From positions 6,418 to 70,417 of the forward strand of contig JBIKRQ010000001.1 in NCBI GenBank assembly GCA_044349155.1: 64,000 bases of DNA. Direction: 5' to 3'. The translations under genes were made by a program, and so were the position numbers. The notes beneath the pieces are model-generated. The model made no database searches. It was not told the DNA's origin and worked only from the letters and a program-made list of their open reading frames with translations. This document shows, in pieces, positions 1-8,482 of this stretch. The stretch comes from Myxococcota bacterium. Lineage in GTDB: Bacteria; Myxococcota; UBA727; VGSZ01. Position 1 is the first letter of the stretch. Every line of letters begins with the position of its first letter.

Positions 1-421
1 GCAACGCCGCCGACTTCGGCAGCTCCTTGTGCGCGCGACGCACGCGCGGCGGTGACGACGACGGCGTGTGGTCGCGCAGGTGTGCGCCCAGCGGCAAGCC
101 GGTGTCGGCATCAATGATGCGCACACCGCCGACAACGCCTGCACCATCAAACGCGCCCATCAGGGTTTCGCGCAACAGCTCGTCAACGAGTTCGTCGTCC
201 GCCGCGTTGTCGCCGCGAAAGAAGCTGCCGCGCACCACGACGGTGTCCTCGTCGATGTCGACGATCTCGAGATCGGCCGGCACCAGCTGCGCGCCGTCGG
301 GGCCGCGCGGACCATCGGTCCCCAGGGCGACCAGCACGTTGGCGGCGCGCTCGGCGGGCGATGCCAGCGCGTGCGACGAGAGAAGCAGCAACGACAAAAA
401 CGCACCGCAGATGTGACGCAT
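1..421 (-). CDS. hypothetical secreted protein, 5'-partial in window (N-terminal ~140 aa present; continues beyond position 1)
   Basis: ATG at 421..419 on the minus strand. Manual translation gives MRHICGAFLSLLLLSSHALASPAERAANVLVALGTDGPRGPDGAQLVPADLEIVDIDEDTVVVRGSFFRGDNAADDELVDELLRETLMGAFDGAGVVGGVRIIDADTGLPLGAHLRDHTPSSSPPRVRRAHKELPKSAAL, which has a clear signal peptide. Third codon positions are strongly G/C, as expected for a coding frame in this genome. The gene is missing from the ORF track because it has no stop in the window. Confidence 0.6.
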   Translation of the reverse strand, partial: MRHICGAFLSLLLLSSHALASPAERAANVLVALGTDGPRGPDGAQLVPADLEIVDIDEDTVVVRGSFFRGDNAADDELVDELLRETLMGAFDGAGVVGGVRIIDADTGLPLGAHLRDHTPSSSPPRVRRAHKELPKSAAL

Positions 422-804
422 GCGCCCACTGTGACCGACGATGACGCGCTGCAAAAGTGTTGAATGTGCGTTGTGGTGCGCTCCGGTTCTCTTCGAGGCT
501 CGGCGAGATCTGCGGCGTTTTCCGTGCCCACGTCGGCGGTTCGTATGCTACGACCCACGTGTCTTCGCGTGTGTGTGTCGTCCGCGAAGGTCTCTTTCCT
601 CAGGTTCGTGCCTGCGCACGAAATCCGCTGCGACGGAAACGCCGGCAGTGGCACCCAACCAGAGGATGACGTCGACGTCGGGCCAACTGCCCGCCTGACG
701 ACCGGTTCCGGGGCTTGTCCCCGCGTTTGCGTACCTCACGGATGGTCATGCCCACACCACGTTCCCCACGTTCCTCTTCTGTCGGCGAGCCCGGCCGCGT
801 TCGC

Positions 805-1443
805 ATGGACGGCACCCGCGCTGAGCCTGGCGAGCCCGCCGCCCGCCCCGCCGCCAGCAGCTACGAGCGCTACAAGCAGCAGCTGCACGCGTTCTTCAAC
901 GGCGACAAACCGCTGCCTGAAAACCTGCGCGACATGCTCGCCACGCGCCCCGGTGCAAGCCAGCACGGCTTCGACGAAGACGAGGTCGCTGCCGCCGACG
1001 CCGCTGCCGCCGATGCTGCTGCTGCTGCTGCACCAAAGAAGCCGAAGAAGGCCTCGGTCACCCGCAGCGGGCGCCCTGCACCTGCTGCTGACGACGACGC
1101 CACGCGCCGTCGGGTTGGCGCGACGTCGTCTGCCGACGATCTCCTGCTCATCGAAGCCATCCGCAAAGCCACCAGCCCGCGCGAAGTGCAGGCCTCGGTC
1201 GATGCCTTGCTGGCTGCCGGTTTGCCGCTGCCCAAAGATGCCGAGGTCCTCGGTAAAGCGCTGGGCCACGCCGACGACAGTGTCCTTGAGCAAGCACTCA
1301 GTGGGCTTCGTGATCTCGTGCTCGAGGGCGCCTTTCGCGGCAATGCGACGTTGCTCAAGACCCGCTTGAAAAACGTGGCGCTCTTGTCGTCGTCGTCTTC
1401 TGTGCGCGAACTCTGCACTGAGGTCAGTGGTCGGCTGCAGTAG
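805..1443 (+). CDS. hypothetical protein (Ala/Lys-rich low-complexity segment, C-terminal helical region)
   Basis: The in-frame ORF 715..1443 takes on protein-like composition from about MDGTRAEPG onward, with high GC3. The first 30 codons of the track ORF have poor GC3. The start (ATG 805) is uncertain and no clear SD was seen. Confidence 0.4.
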   Translation: MDGTRAEPGEPAARPAASSYERYKQQLHAFFNGDKPLPENLRDMLATRPGASQHGFDEDEVAAADAAAADAAAAAAPKKPKKASVTRSGRPAPAADDDATRRRVGATSSADDLLLIEAIRKATSPREVQASVDALLAAGLPLPKDAEVLGKALGHADDSVLEQALSGLRDLVLEGAFRGNATLLKTRLKNVALLSSSSSVRELCTEVSGRLQ

Positions 1444-1596
1444 CCCTCCTTGACGTCGTCGATTCGCCTTCCGTCGATTCGTTTTCGCTTCGTCGATTCG
1501 CTTCGTCGATGTGCTTCGCGGTCCGCTTCACGTCGCCGCGTCAGGCGATGGTCGTTGATCAGTGCGTCCCAACTTTGCGCTACGCCTTCGGCGCGA

Positions 1597-1627
1597 GTCA
1601 GGGGGCGCTCGCGCTGCGCCCCCTGAC
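1597..1627 (+). terminator. perfect 12-bp stem / 7-nt loop hairpin downstream of CDS 805..1443; TTTTT follows 13 nt later
   Basis: gtcagggggcgc-tcgcgct-gcgccccctgac read directly from the sequence. It lies in a 500-bp gap between convergent genes. Confidence 0.4.
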
Positions 1628-1948
1628 AACCCCCCGCGCTTTTTGTGGTCTGTGCGTCGCTCCCCGTGCACTTTGAGCGTCGGCGCCGAAGGTTGCTCCG
1701 TCGTCGATCGGGCTGGCGCCTCCTGGTTCAAAGTGCATCGGCCAGGCGCCCCTCCGGCCAGCCATGTGCGTCTTCGCGTTCGCGTTGCACTCATTCCTGG
1801 GCGTGCTCGCGTTCGCGTTGTTCGCGTGCGTGCTCGCGCGTCCGGCCGCGTCGTGCGGGCTCGTTTGTTGGCGTTTTCGCCGGCCTGAAATGCAACGCGC
1901 GCAGCGTCGTGATGACGTGCGCGCGCTGTGTGCTGTGGTGTGGACAGC

Positions 1949-2083
1949 TCAGGCTGAGTAGCCGTCGTCGTCCTCGGTGACGAAGCGGTCGGGATTGTCG
2001 GTCGACATCGGCGGGGCATCCTCGTCGAGGGCCTTCAGCAACAAGGTGGCGAGGGTCGGCTTCAGCGTCGGGTCGGAACCCAT
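1949..2083 (-). CDS. small acidic protein (44 aa) of unknown function
   Basis: MGSDPTLKPTLATLLLKALDEDAPPMSTDNPDRFVTEDDDGYSA. There is a perfect Shine-Dalgarno AGGAGA 5 nt upstream of the ATG (mRNA sense ...caccAGGAGAaacccATG). An alternative start 7 codons upstream (MNHQEKP) would place the SD inside the coding sequence. Confidence 0.35.
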   Translation of the reverse strand: MGSDPTLKPTLATLLLKALDEDAPPMSTDNPDRFVTEDDDGYSA

Positions 2084-2302
2084 GGGTTTCTCCTGGTGAT
2101 TCATCGCTGAAACCATGAGCAATGGTCGGGCCAATCCCGGACACGTCGCGGACACCTGTGGCGCTGTGCCGCTTTGTCGACGTCGAACGGGTCGCGGACG
2201 CCCAAAACACACACTTCCAACACGCGTGTGGCTTCGCCCTCACACAGACGCGCTGCAGCATCTGCCCGCTGTCGTTTGCCAACGCCGCCACGTCGGCCAA
2301 AG

Positions 2303-2974
2303 ATGCGCGCCGTGAGCCACTCCCACGACGCAGACGACCGCGAACCTTCTGACGCAGCGGAACCTGGACAACGCACCTCTCGACGGTGGGCGTTGCTGCT
2401 GTTGCTGCTGTGCGTCGTCGCGGGCGTGCTCGTGGTGGTGCTGCGTGAAGAACCGCCACCACCTCCACCGCCGCCGTCGCTGCCGGCGCCTGAGCCGCCG
2501 CCACCTCCTCCGCCCGAGCCGCTGCCGCCCCCCGTGGTCGTCGAGCCGCCGAAGCCGAAGCCCGCCAAAGCCGCCGCGCCCACCCCTGCTGCGCCGCGTA
2601 AAACGGCCGCTGCTGCGTTGGGCGCGACCGTCGCGGTCGGCGGTGCGGTGGGCGGCGATCCCCACGTGCGCAAGGCCATGGAGCGCGCGCTGCGCGGTCG
2701 CCTGGGCGCTGCTGAAGTGCCCATGAGCGAGGCCACCTACAGCGTCACCGTCCAGGTCGACGACCAAAAGGCCAACGCCAACGAGGTCACCGTGCGCTGC
2801 GCCTTGAGCATCGCGCTGCTGCCGAAAAAGAACATCGTGGCGTCGTTGAAAGCGCGCGCCGACGCTGCGGGCGAAGGCACGCCCACCGAGGAACTGCTCG
2901 ACGACGCGGCCACCGCGTGCGGCCAAAGCCTTGCCAGCGACTTGCGCAGCTGGCTCAAGAGCCATCCCGGGTAG
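2303..2974 (+). CDS. membrane-anchored protein with a TonB-like proline-rich spacer and a C-terminal periplasmic domain (function unknown)
   Basis: MRAVSHSHDADDREP... is followed by a hydrophobic helix, WALLLLLLCVVAGVLVVVL. A Pro-rich linker EPPPPPPPPSLPAPEPPPPPPPEPLPPPVVVEPPKPKP follows, then a globular C-terminal region with high GC3. The 129 nt upstream in the same frame (track start 2174) has poor GC3 and is rejected. Confidence 0.55.
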   Translation: MRAVSHSHDADDREPSDAAEPGQRTSRRWALLLLLLCVVAGVLVVVLREEPPPPPPPPSLPAPEPPPPPPPEPLPPPVVVEPPKPKPAKAAAPTPAAPRKTAAAALGATVAVGGAVGGDPHVRKAMERALRGRLGAAEVPMSEATYSVTVQVDDQKANANEVTVRCALSIALLPKKNIVASLKARADAAGEGTPTEELLDDAATACGQSLASDLRSWLKSHPG

Positions 2975-2982
2975 CGTTGTCG

Positions 2983-3034
2983 CACGTCGTCACGGCGCGT
3001 CGTCGTTGCCGCGCACGCGCGCCACAAGTGCGCG
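2983..3034 (+). repeat. 52-bp GC-rich repeat element, copy 1 (intergenic, immediately 3' of CDS 2303..2974); contains hairpin GCGCGC-CACAAGT-GCGCG
   Basis: cacgtcgtcacggcgCgtcgtcgTtgccgcgcacgcgcgccacaagtgcgcg matches 7841..7892 at 50 of 52 positions, in the same orientation. Confidence 0.7.
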
Positions 3035-3153
3035 TCGGCTGTTGGCAAGGTGAGCGCTGCACACGTACCCGACGAAGTGAGCGGAACGACCGCGACGTCC
3101 TCGGTGTTGTCACGTCTTGAGCGACGCGAGCGTGCAGCCCTGTGGAGGTCGAA

Positions 3154-4545
3154 GTGGTGTCATTGCTGGTACGGTGCTGGTCGTTGGTTGCGGTTGTCCT
3201 GTTCGCCTCGACAACGCGCGCGCAGTCTACCGACGACGAGCGACACGAGCGTGTTCGGTGCGTCACCCAGGCGTTCTCGGCGGCGGTCGCGTTTCCATTG
3301 CACTGCCGAAACAACGACACCGTGAAGGAGCCACCCCGCTGCAAAGGGCCGACGTGCGTCGTCGACGTCGAATCGTGCTGCCACTCGGGCCGCCCAATCT
3401 ACGCAACGTGGTTGCGCGGGCCCGACGGCGCCATCGTGGAGATCGCAGAGGCAAATCTCATGGCGCCCGTCGCCGTTGCCTTCGACGCCAGCGGCCACTT
3501 CGTACGCGACGACACCTCACACCGTTGGATGCCGCCGTCCCCCGAGGCGAGCGCATCGTCGGCGGCACCGAGCGACACACAGCAGCAGCAGGCCATTGGC
3601 GCTTGTCGACGCCACGCCCCGACGTGCGCCAAAGCGTACACGTCGGTCACCGGCGGGAACTGTGGACACAAGGGCTGCTTCCTTGTGGTGAAGGATGGCG
3701 AAGAAAAGGGCGGCGCCTTCTGCACTGTGTGGGTCCCACGACGTGGACCGGCCCAGGTTGTCAGCGCTGGCGACGACGCCGAGCCGCCGTCCTCGATGGC
3801 GTTCGTGCCGCCCGACCAGCTCACGATCGAGTGGCCCGACAGCAAAGGGCTGGTGAGCAACGAGAAATTCTTCACGTTCGGTGGGCCGCTTCGCCGCGCG
3901 GCGGTTGGCGGCGAAGTGCCCGTCGTCGATGTCGACACGTGGCAGCAGGTCTTACAGCGGGAGCGCAGAACGATTGTCCCTACCGAGACCAACGGCATCA
4001 CGAGCATGGTCAGCGGCGCGATGCCGTGGAGCGGCAACGGCGACGTCGACATGCTTGTGCGCACTGCTGTCGGCGACGACGTGTTCGCCTTTGAAGCGAT
4101 GCTGGCCGACAACGTGATCGTGTTTCCGGGAGCGAACGTCGCTGCTGTCGATGCCGATCATCTTGAGTTGCTCACGGGCAAGGGCCTGCTTGCGTTTGTC
4201 CCGCGCGATGCGCGCCGCGTCGACGTCGAGCGGTGGCGCACGGCCGACGGCGTCGAGGTGCGCGAGCCCTTGCCCGGCGCGAGCTGCATGATCCGCGCGG
4301 CGCGGGCGACCGACGACACAGCACCCCAGCAAGCGTTGCAGACCGTGCGCGTGCTCGCGTGCGTTGTGCCGCGTGCGCTCCTTGGGATCGATCCGACGAA
4401 GGAAGCAATAAGCCTGCGCATCTCAGACGGCGATGGCGCGGGGCAAAAGACATTGAGCGCGGTGGCGATCGGTCCGCTGCGTCCCACGGCGATCTTCCCT
4501 CCCGTCGCCGCGCTGCCGGCCACTGGCACATGCCGGCCGCGGTAG
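3154..4545 (+). CDS. secreted Cys-rich protein of unknown function (463 aa)
   Basis: The ORF runs to the stop at 4545. A GTG at 3154 is preceded by a perfect GGAGG (3144..3148) with a 5-nt spacer. The signal peptide reads MVSLLVRCWSLVAVVLFASTTRAQS. The mature part has many Cys residues and high GC3. Confidence 0.6.
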   Translation: MVSLLVRCWSLVAVVLFASTTRAQSTDDERHERVRCVTQAFSAAVAFPLHCRNNDTVKEPPRCKGPTCVVDVESCCHSGRPIYATWLRGPDGAIVEIAEANLMAPVAVAFDASGHFVRDDTSHRWMPPSPEASASSAAPSDTQQQQAIGACRRHAPTCAKAYTSVTGGNCGHKGCFLVVKDGEEKGGAFCTVWVPRRGPAQVVSAGDDAEPPSSMAFVPPDQLTIEWPDSKGLVSNEKFFTFGGPLRRAAVGGEVPVVDVDTWQQVLQRERRTIVPTETNGITSMVSGAMPWSGNGDVDMLVRTAVGDDVFAFEAMLADNVIVFPGANVAAVDADHLELLTGKGLLAFVPRDARRVDVERWRTADGVEVREPLPGASCMIRAARATDDTAPQQALQTVRVLACVVPRALLGIDPTKEAISLRISDGDGAGQKTLSAVAIGPLRPTAIFPPVAALPATGTCRPR

Positions 4546-4603
4546 TCGCGTGACGACGTCGCCGTGAGCCCAATGTCGCTTCTGCGATAGTGGCAACGAG
4601 CGG

Positions 4604-6778
4604 TCACCAGTAGATGGGCGTTTTCCTGGTCCAGGTCGACGACGACCACTGCTGGTGCAGCAACGTGAACGCCGCCTTGGTGTCGGCACCGCCGCTCGTG
4701 TAGCGACTGTGATGCACCGCCAGATGCAGCAATTCGGGCGACAACGCGTGCGTCGGGTTCGCCTTCGCAAACGCGATGGCGGCGCGTGCGTAGGCGATGC
4801 TTGAACCTGGCGCGATCGCGCTGTCTTCGATGGCTGCTGACGACGTCGCCCACGGTGGCGTTGGCACGCTGCCCTCCGTTGGATTCCAGCCGTTGCGCGT
4901 GGATTCGCAGCCGTAGCGGTAGTGCTCGGCGGCCGCGATCGCCCCGACGGCGCGGTCGTTGACGAACAACAGGTTCGCCGAAGCACCGGGGTGCTCCATG
5001 GCTGCGCGCAGGGCAAGGCCGCGGGCGGTGGGGTCGTCGACGGTGTCGCGGACGGCCACCAGATCGGTGGCTCGTTCATCGAGGGCCAGCACTGCTTGTG
5101 CGGCTGCTTTGACGTTGCCACCGAACAGTGCTGCGCGGACAAAAGCCGACCACGCCAACGACTGCCGCAGCGGGACCGGCAGTGTGGTCGTCGACGACAA
5201 CGACAGCATCGTTGCCCCATCGAGGCCGCTGCTGCCAACGCGCCAGCTCAGGGTTTCATCGATGTGGTGCGAGTCGATGACGACGTTGTAGTTGGTGGCC
5301 GCCTTCTTCGGCCAGATGAAGGCGAGGGCGTCGACGGCGGTCTCGGCGAGCAACACCCGTTCGCTGTCGAAGAAGTTCTGCGCCGACGTTGACCACTTCG
5401 ACGTGGGCAGTTCTGCCAGACGTGCGCGCGCTTCGGCGCGTTTGCCCGACAGGCGCAGCAAGCGCACCTCGTGCACGGCCACGGTGGGGCCCACGACCTC
5501 GGCGGGGTCGATCGCGCGTGCGGCCGCCAACAACGCCGGCAGCTCGGGCTCGGTGCCGTCGGCAGCGGTGAGGGCTGCGAGCAGCCACGGCTTCGTGGGC
5601 GTCTTTGTCCACTGTGCGAGTGCTTGCTTCTTCGCCTGTGCAGCACCTGCAAGCAGCCGCCTGTGCTCGGGGCTCCAGGAAGCGACGGCCTCGCTGTTCC
5701 ATCCGGGCACGACGAGCTGGCGAAACACCGACACCCACTGCTGCAGGGCGGGCAGCGCGTCGCAGGCGATGGTGAAGCCGGGCGCTCTCTCTCCGATGTA
5801 GCCCTCGTTGTTGACGGGAGGGACGGCGGCCTCAAATGCCTCCAGGAGGTTCGGCAGCGCGTCGCCCCGGGTACGTCTCATCAAGTCCGGGATCGCCTCG
5901 CACAGGCCGCCACGTTCGCGCAGCGCCAGCAGCAGCAACGACTGCACCGCACCCGCGATGCGTTCGTCTTTCGCGGTGATGGCGCGCAGGCGGCGCTCGG
6001 CGTCGGCAAAGTACGCCGCGCGTTGTTCGGGGGTGGTGGCGTCGAGGGTGGCCTGCCGCAGACGTGCCCGTGCCGCGTTGATGCCGGCCCACGCGGCGTC
6101 ATCGCCGGTGGTGATCGCGTCAAACGCCGTGACGGCGTCTTCGTGGCGGCCGTCGTAAAACGCCTCGAGCGCGCTGAGCAGGGCGACATCGGCAGCGACG
6201 TCGGCGGCGAGCTTTGGCGGTACGGTTGCCGGCAAGGTGGTGGGCGCGTCGAAGTCGACGCTGAGGATTCTGCTCTGCCACGCCGTCCACGCCTTGAGCA
6301 GCTCGGGATACTCGGCGTAGCGCTGCTGGCGCACCTTCAGGCGGTGTTGCGCGCGTCGAAACGCGTCGGGGTTGATGCGCTGGTAGTACGCGGTGCCGCC
6401 AAAGACCTCGCCACGGCCTGACGGCTGCATGCCCAGCACGCGCGACGCCGCCTTCTCCCAGAGCAGTTGCGCAGCTTCTGCTTCTACCCGGCCGTCGACG
6501 TCATCGTAGGAGCGGGCCCACGAGCGCTCGAGGGCAGAAAGCTCCAGCGGTGTGATGGGCACCCCCGAGGCGGTGCGAAACAAGAGCGCCAGATTCCGCA
6601 CAGCAAAGTCGGGCGTGACGACGGTATGCAGTGCTGACGTCGCGTACGGGGCGGCGTGGACGCGCAGGAAGTACCCATCGCCTCGGAAGTAACAGCACGC
6701 TTGCGCCGGCGTGGAGAGACCCGCGATCACTGTCGCGATCATGGCGGTGGTCGCCATCGTCTTGATGCTCATCGCCAT
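4604..6778 (-). CDS. secreted protein of unknown function, 724 aa, largely helical repeats
   Basis: The real start is the internal MAMSIKTMATTAMIATVIAGLSTPAQA signal peptide (ATG 6778..6776) with GAGGTG upstream. The 209-aa N-terminal extension in the ORF track (to 7405) is low-complexity Arg-rich and overlaps the upstream lipoprotein gene in another frame. The start overlaps the stop of the upstream lipoprotein gene by 10 nt. Confidence 0.6.
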   Translation of the reverse strand: MAMSIKTMATTAMIATVIAGLSTPAQACCYFRGDGYFLRVHAAPYATSALHTVVTPDFAVRNLALLFRTASGVPITPLELSALERSWARSYDDVDGRVEAEAAQLLWEKAASRVLGMQPSGRGEVFGGTAYYQRINPDAFRRAQHRLKVRQQRYAEYPELLKAWTAWQSRILSVDFDAPTTLPATVPPKLAADVAADVALLSALEAFYDGRHEDAVTAFDAITTGDDAAWAGINAARARLRQATLDATTPEQRAAYFADAERRLRAITAKDERIAGAVQSLLLLALRERGGLCEAIPDLMRRTRGDALPNLLEAFEAAVPPVNNEGYIGERAPGFTIACDALPALQQWVSVFRQLVVPGWNSEAVASWSPEHRRLLAGAAQAKKQALAQWTKTPTKPWLLAALTAADGTEPELPALLAAARAIDPAEVVGPTVAVHEVRLLRLSGKRAEARARLAELPTSKWSTSAQNFFDSERVLLAETAVDALAFIWPKKAATNYNVVIDSHHIDETLSWRVGSSGLDGATMLSLSSTTTLPVPLRQSLAWSAFVRAALFGGNVKAAAQAVLALDERATDLVAVRDTVDDPTARGLALRAAMEHPGASANLLFVNDRAVGAIAAAEHYRYGCESTRNGWNPTEGSVPTPPWATSSAAIEDSAIAPGSSIAYARAAIAFAKANPTHALSPELLHLAVHHSRYTSGGADTKAAFTLLHQQWSSSTWTRKTPIYW

Positions 6779-7620
6779 GCTGCCACCACCTCGTCGAAGG
6801 CCTGCGGGGTCCAGGCACCAGGATGAAAGACATAGACCCGTTTCGCGCCGGGCACGGGGCCGTGGGCCTCGTCTGTCGACACGCCGACGCTGTCGCCGCA
6901 ACCGCGCAGGGCGTTGTCGTTGGCGTAGCGGGCGCGCCAGATGTCGGCGTCTTTGCCCAGCCGAAACAGCTGCGGCACCACTTCGCTCACGGGGGCGTCT
7001 GTGAACCACGGCGTGTCTTCTGTGCACCACGATGCGAGCCCTGTCATCGACAACGTCTGCTGCGGCGCGAGCCGTTGACGCAAGCGTTGAAGCACGCGCA
7101 CGGCGTCGGCGCGTTCGGACACGCGGGCGTCGAAGTCGATCATCACGCCGCTGGCGTGCAGGGCGTTCATGCGTTCGGCGATCGCCGTCGTCAGCATGTC
7201 GTCGAGGATCGCGGGAATGCCGCTGCCGTGGGTCTCCAAACGCACGACGGCGATCGGCGCTCGATGCTGCTGCGGGAGCTGCACTGGTTGTCGTCGTCGC
7301 TGGACGTCGATTGTGCCGCCCTCGATGCGGATGTCGGCCACCAACACCGCAATGTCGACGTCGTTGGGCACGAAGCGCAGGTCTTGTTCGGCGTGCCAGG
7401 CCCACAGCGTGAACTGCGGGCGTCCCTTCGGCGGCGCCTTCAACGGGTCGCTGCAGCCGCCCAACTGCAGCAGCGTGAGCAAGAGTGCCAACCAGCCGCC
7501 AGTCGATTGGGGAAGTTTCCCCGCCCGCCCTTCATGCAGCACGCTTCGATGTCGCTGCGCGCGCATCGTCGAGGCGAACAGGCCGATCAACGCGACCACC
7601 GACCAACGCTGCACCTGCAT
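6769..7620 (-). CDS. lipoprotein of unknown function (lipobox LLQLGGC)
   Basis: The coding signal is strongest from MQVQRWSVVALIGLFASTMRAQRHR... onward; an alternative start is MRAQ at 7566. WLALLLTLLQLGGCSDP is a lipoprotein signal. It appears co-transcribed with the downstream 724-aa gene. Confidence 0.5.
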   Translation of the reverse strand: MQVQRWSVVALIGLFASTMRAQRHRSVLHEGRAGKLPQSTGGWLALLLTLLQLGGCSDPLKAPPKGRPQFTLWAWHAEQDLRFVPNDVDIAVLVADIRIEGGTIDVQRRRQPVQLPQQHRAPIAVVRLETHGSGIPAILDDMLTTAIAERMNALHASGVMIDFDARVSERADAVRVLQRLRQRLAPQQTLSMTGLASWCTEDTPWFTDAPVSEVVPQLFRLGKDADIWRARYANDNALRGCGDSVGVSTDEAHGPVPGAKRVYVFHPGAWTPQAFDEVVAAWR

Positions 7621-7840
7621 CGACCGCACTTTGACCTCCACAGCCGTCGAGCGCTCGCGTGTCTTGAGGGTGGGCGGGGAGCCTTCCCCCGATGGTTGAG
7701 GTGGGGAATCGTTGCGTCGGACGAACATCTTCAATTTGCAATTCATTTCGGGCGCAGATCCCTGCGTCGACGAGCGCGCGGCACGCACCGACGAAGCGAG
7801 CGGAAGGGCGAGCCGCTTGAGCAGCACGAGCGGCTCATGT

Positions 7841-7892
7841 CACGTCGTCACGGCGTGTCGTCGATGCCGCGCACGCGCGCCACAAGTGCGCG
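7841..7892 (+). repeat. 52-bp GC-rich repeat element, copy 2; overlaps the C-terminal 15 codons and stop of minus-strand CDS 7848..8378
   Basis: cacgtcgtcacggcgTgtcgtcgAtgccgcgcacgcgcgccacaagtgcgcg. Confidence 0.7.
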
Positions 7893-8378
7893 CAGATCGT
7901 CGGGGCCCTTCAGCTGCCCGCGCCACTGTTCGGTGCTGACCGCACGCAACGACTTCGGCGACCCCGGCGTGCCGACCACCTCGACAACGTCGGTGCTGAG
8001 CGCGGCGAGTGCGGCTTTCGCTTCTTTCGCTTTGCGAATCGCGATCCGTTGCGCGCGTCCCCGTTGCCACTCGGCGAGGTGTTCGCGGCGCACAGTGAGC
8101 CACTCGGCCTCGTCGTCGCTGATGGTGCCGTCGAGTTCGCGTTGCCGCAGCTCCACACCGCAGGCGATGCGCTGCAGGCGCCCGCCACGACGACGACCCA
8201 GCGGATCGGGCAATGGTGGAACTTCGCCGCGCTCGCGCATCGCGGTGCGTTCAAGCACCACTTCGTCGACGAGCCGCTGCTGCTCGGCCTTGTCGATTCG
8301 CACCGGCGGCGTGCGTGGTCGCCGGCCTCGTTGTGGTGTCTTGTGTCCTGGTGGCGCGAGCTGTGCGGTGGCGTTCAT
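7848..8378 (-). CDS. hypothetical protein with basic N-terminus (176 aa)
   Basis: ATG at 8378 and high GC3 throughout, with no recognisable motif. The last 15 codons are supplied by the 52-bp repeat element. Confidence 0.4.
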   Translation of the reverse strand: MNATAQLAPPGHKTPQRGRRPRTPPVRIDKAEQQRLVDEVVLERTAMRERGEVPPLPDPLGRRRGGRLQRIACGVELRQRELDGTISDDEAEWLTVRREHLAEWQRGRAQRIAIRKAKEAKAALAALSTDVVEVVGTPGSPKSLRAVSTEQWRGQLKGPDDLRALVARVRGIDDTP

Positions 8379-8482
8379 CGTGATCCCCCGTGATCGATCT
8401 GTGGCACTGCGTGTTTCAACACTTTGAAAAGAAACAGGAATTTACGATCGGCTCTGCCTCGGGAACCTGACGTGCAGGGCCC

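Noticed and set aside
1791-2504. 237-aa minus ORF, plus ORFs 1528..2019-, 1562..1888+ and 1645..1980+ in the 1.4-2.0 kb gap
   Set aside because: They are Arg/Ala/Pro-rich, with no SD and poor GC3 periodicity. Only the short hydrophobic ORF 1764..1961 was kept as a low-confidence observation.
6779-7405. N-terminal 209-aa extension of the 933-aa minus ORF 4604..7405
   Set aside because: The extension is Arg-rich low complexity and overlaps the upstream lipoprotein gene in a different frame. A clean signal peptide and an SD-like GAGGTG mark the real start at 6778.
8399-8422. Possible sigma-54 promoter: TGGCAC -24 hexamer upstream of CDS 8483..8866
   Set aside because: The -12 element is missing. 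GTTTC follows after 5 nt instead of TTGCW, with no GC dinucleotide. A second TGGCAC at ~648 likewise lacks a -12 box. These are probably chance matches.
6823-8427. 534-aa plus-strand ORF
   Set aside because: It is antisense to two well-supported minus-strand genes (the lipoprotein 6769..7620 and the hypothetical 7848..8378). Its composition is His/Arg/Ala-rich and lacks protein-like features.
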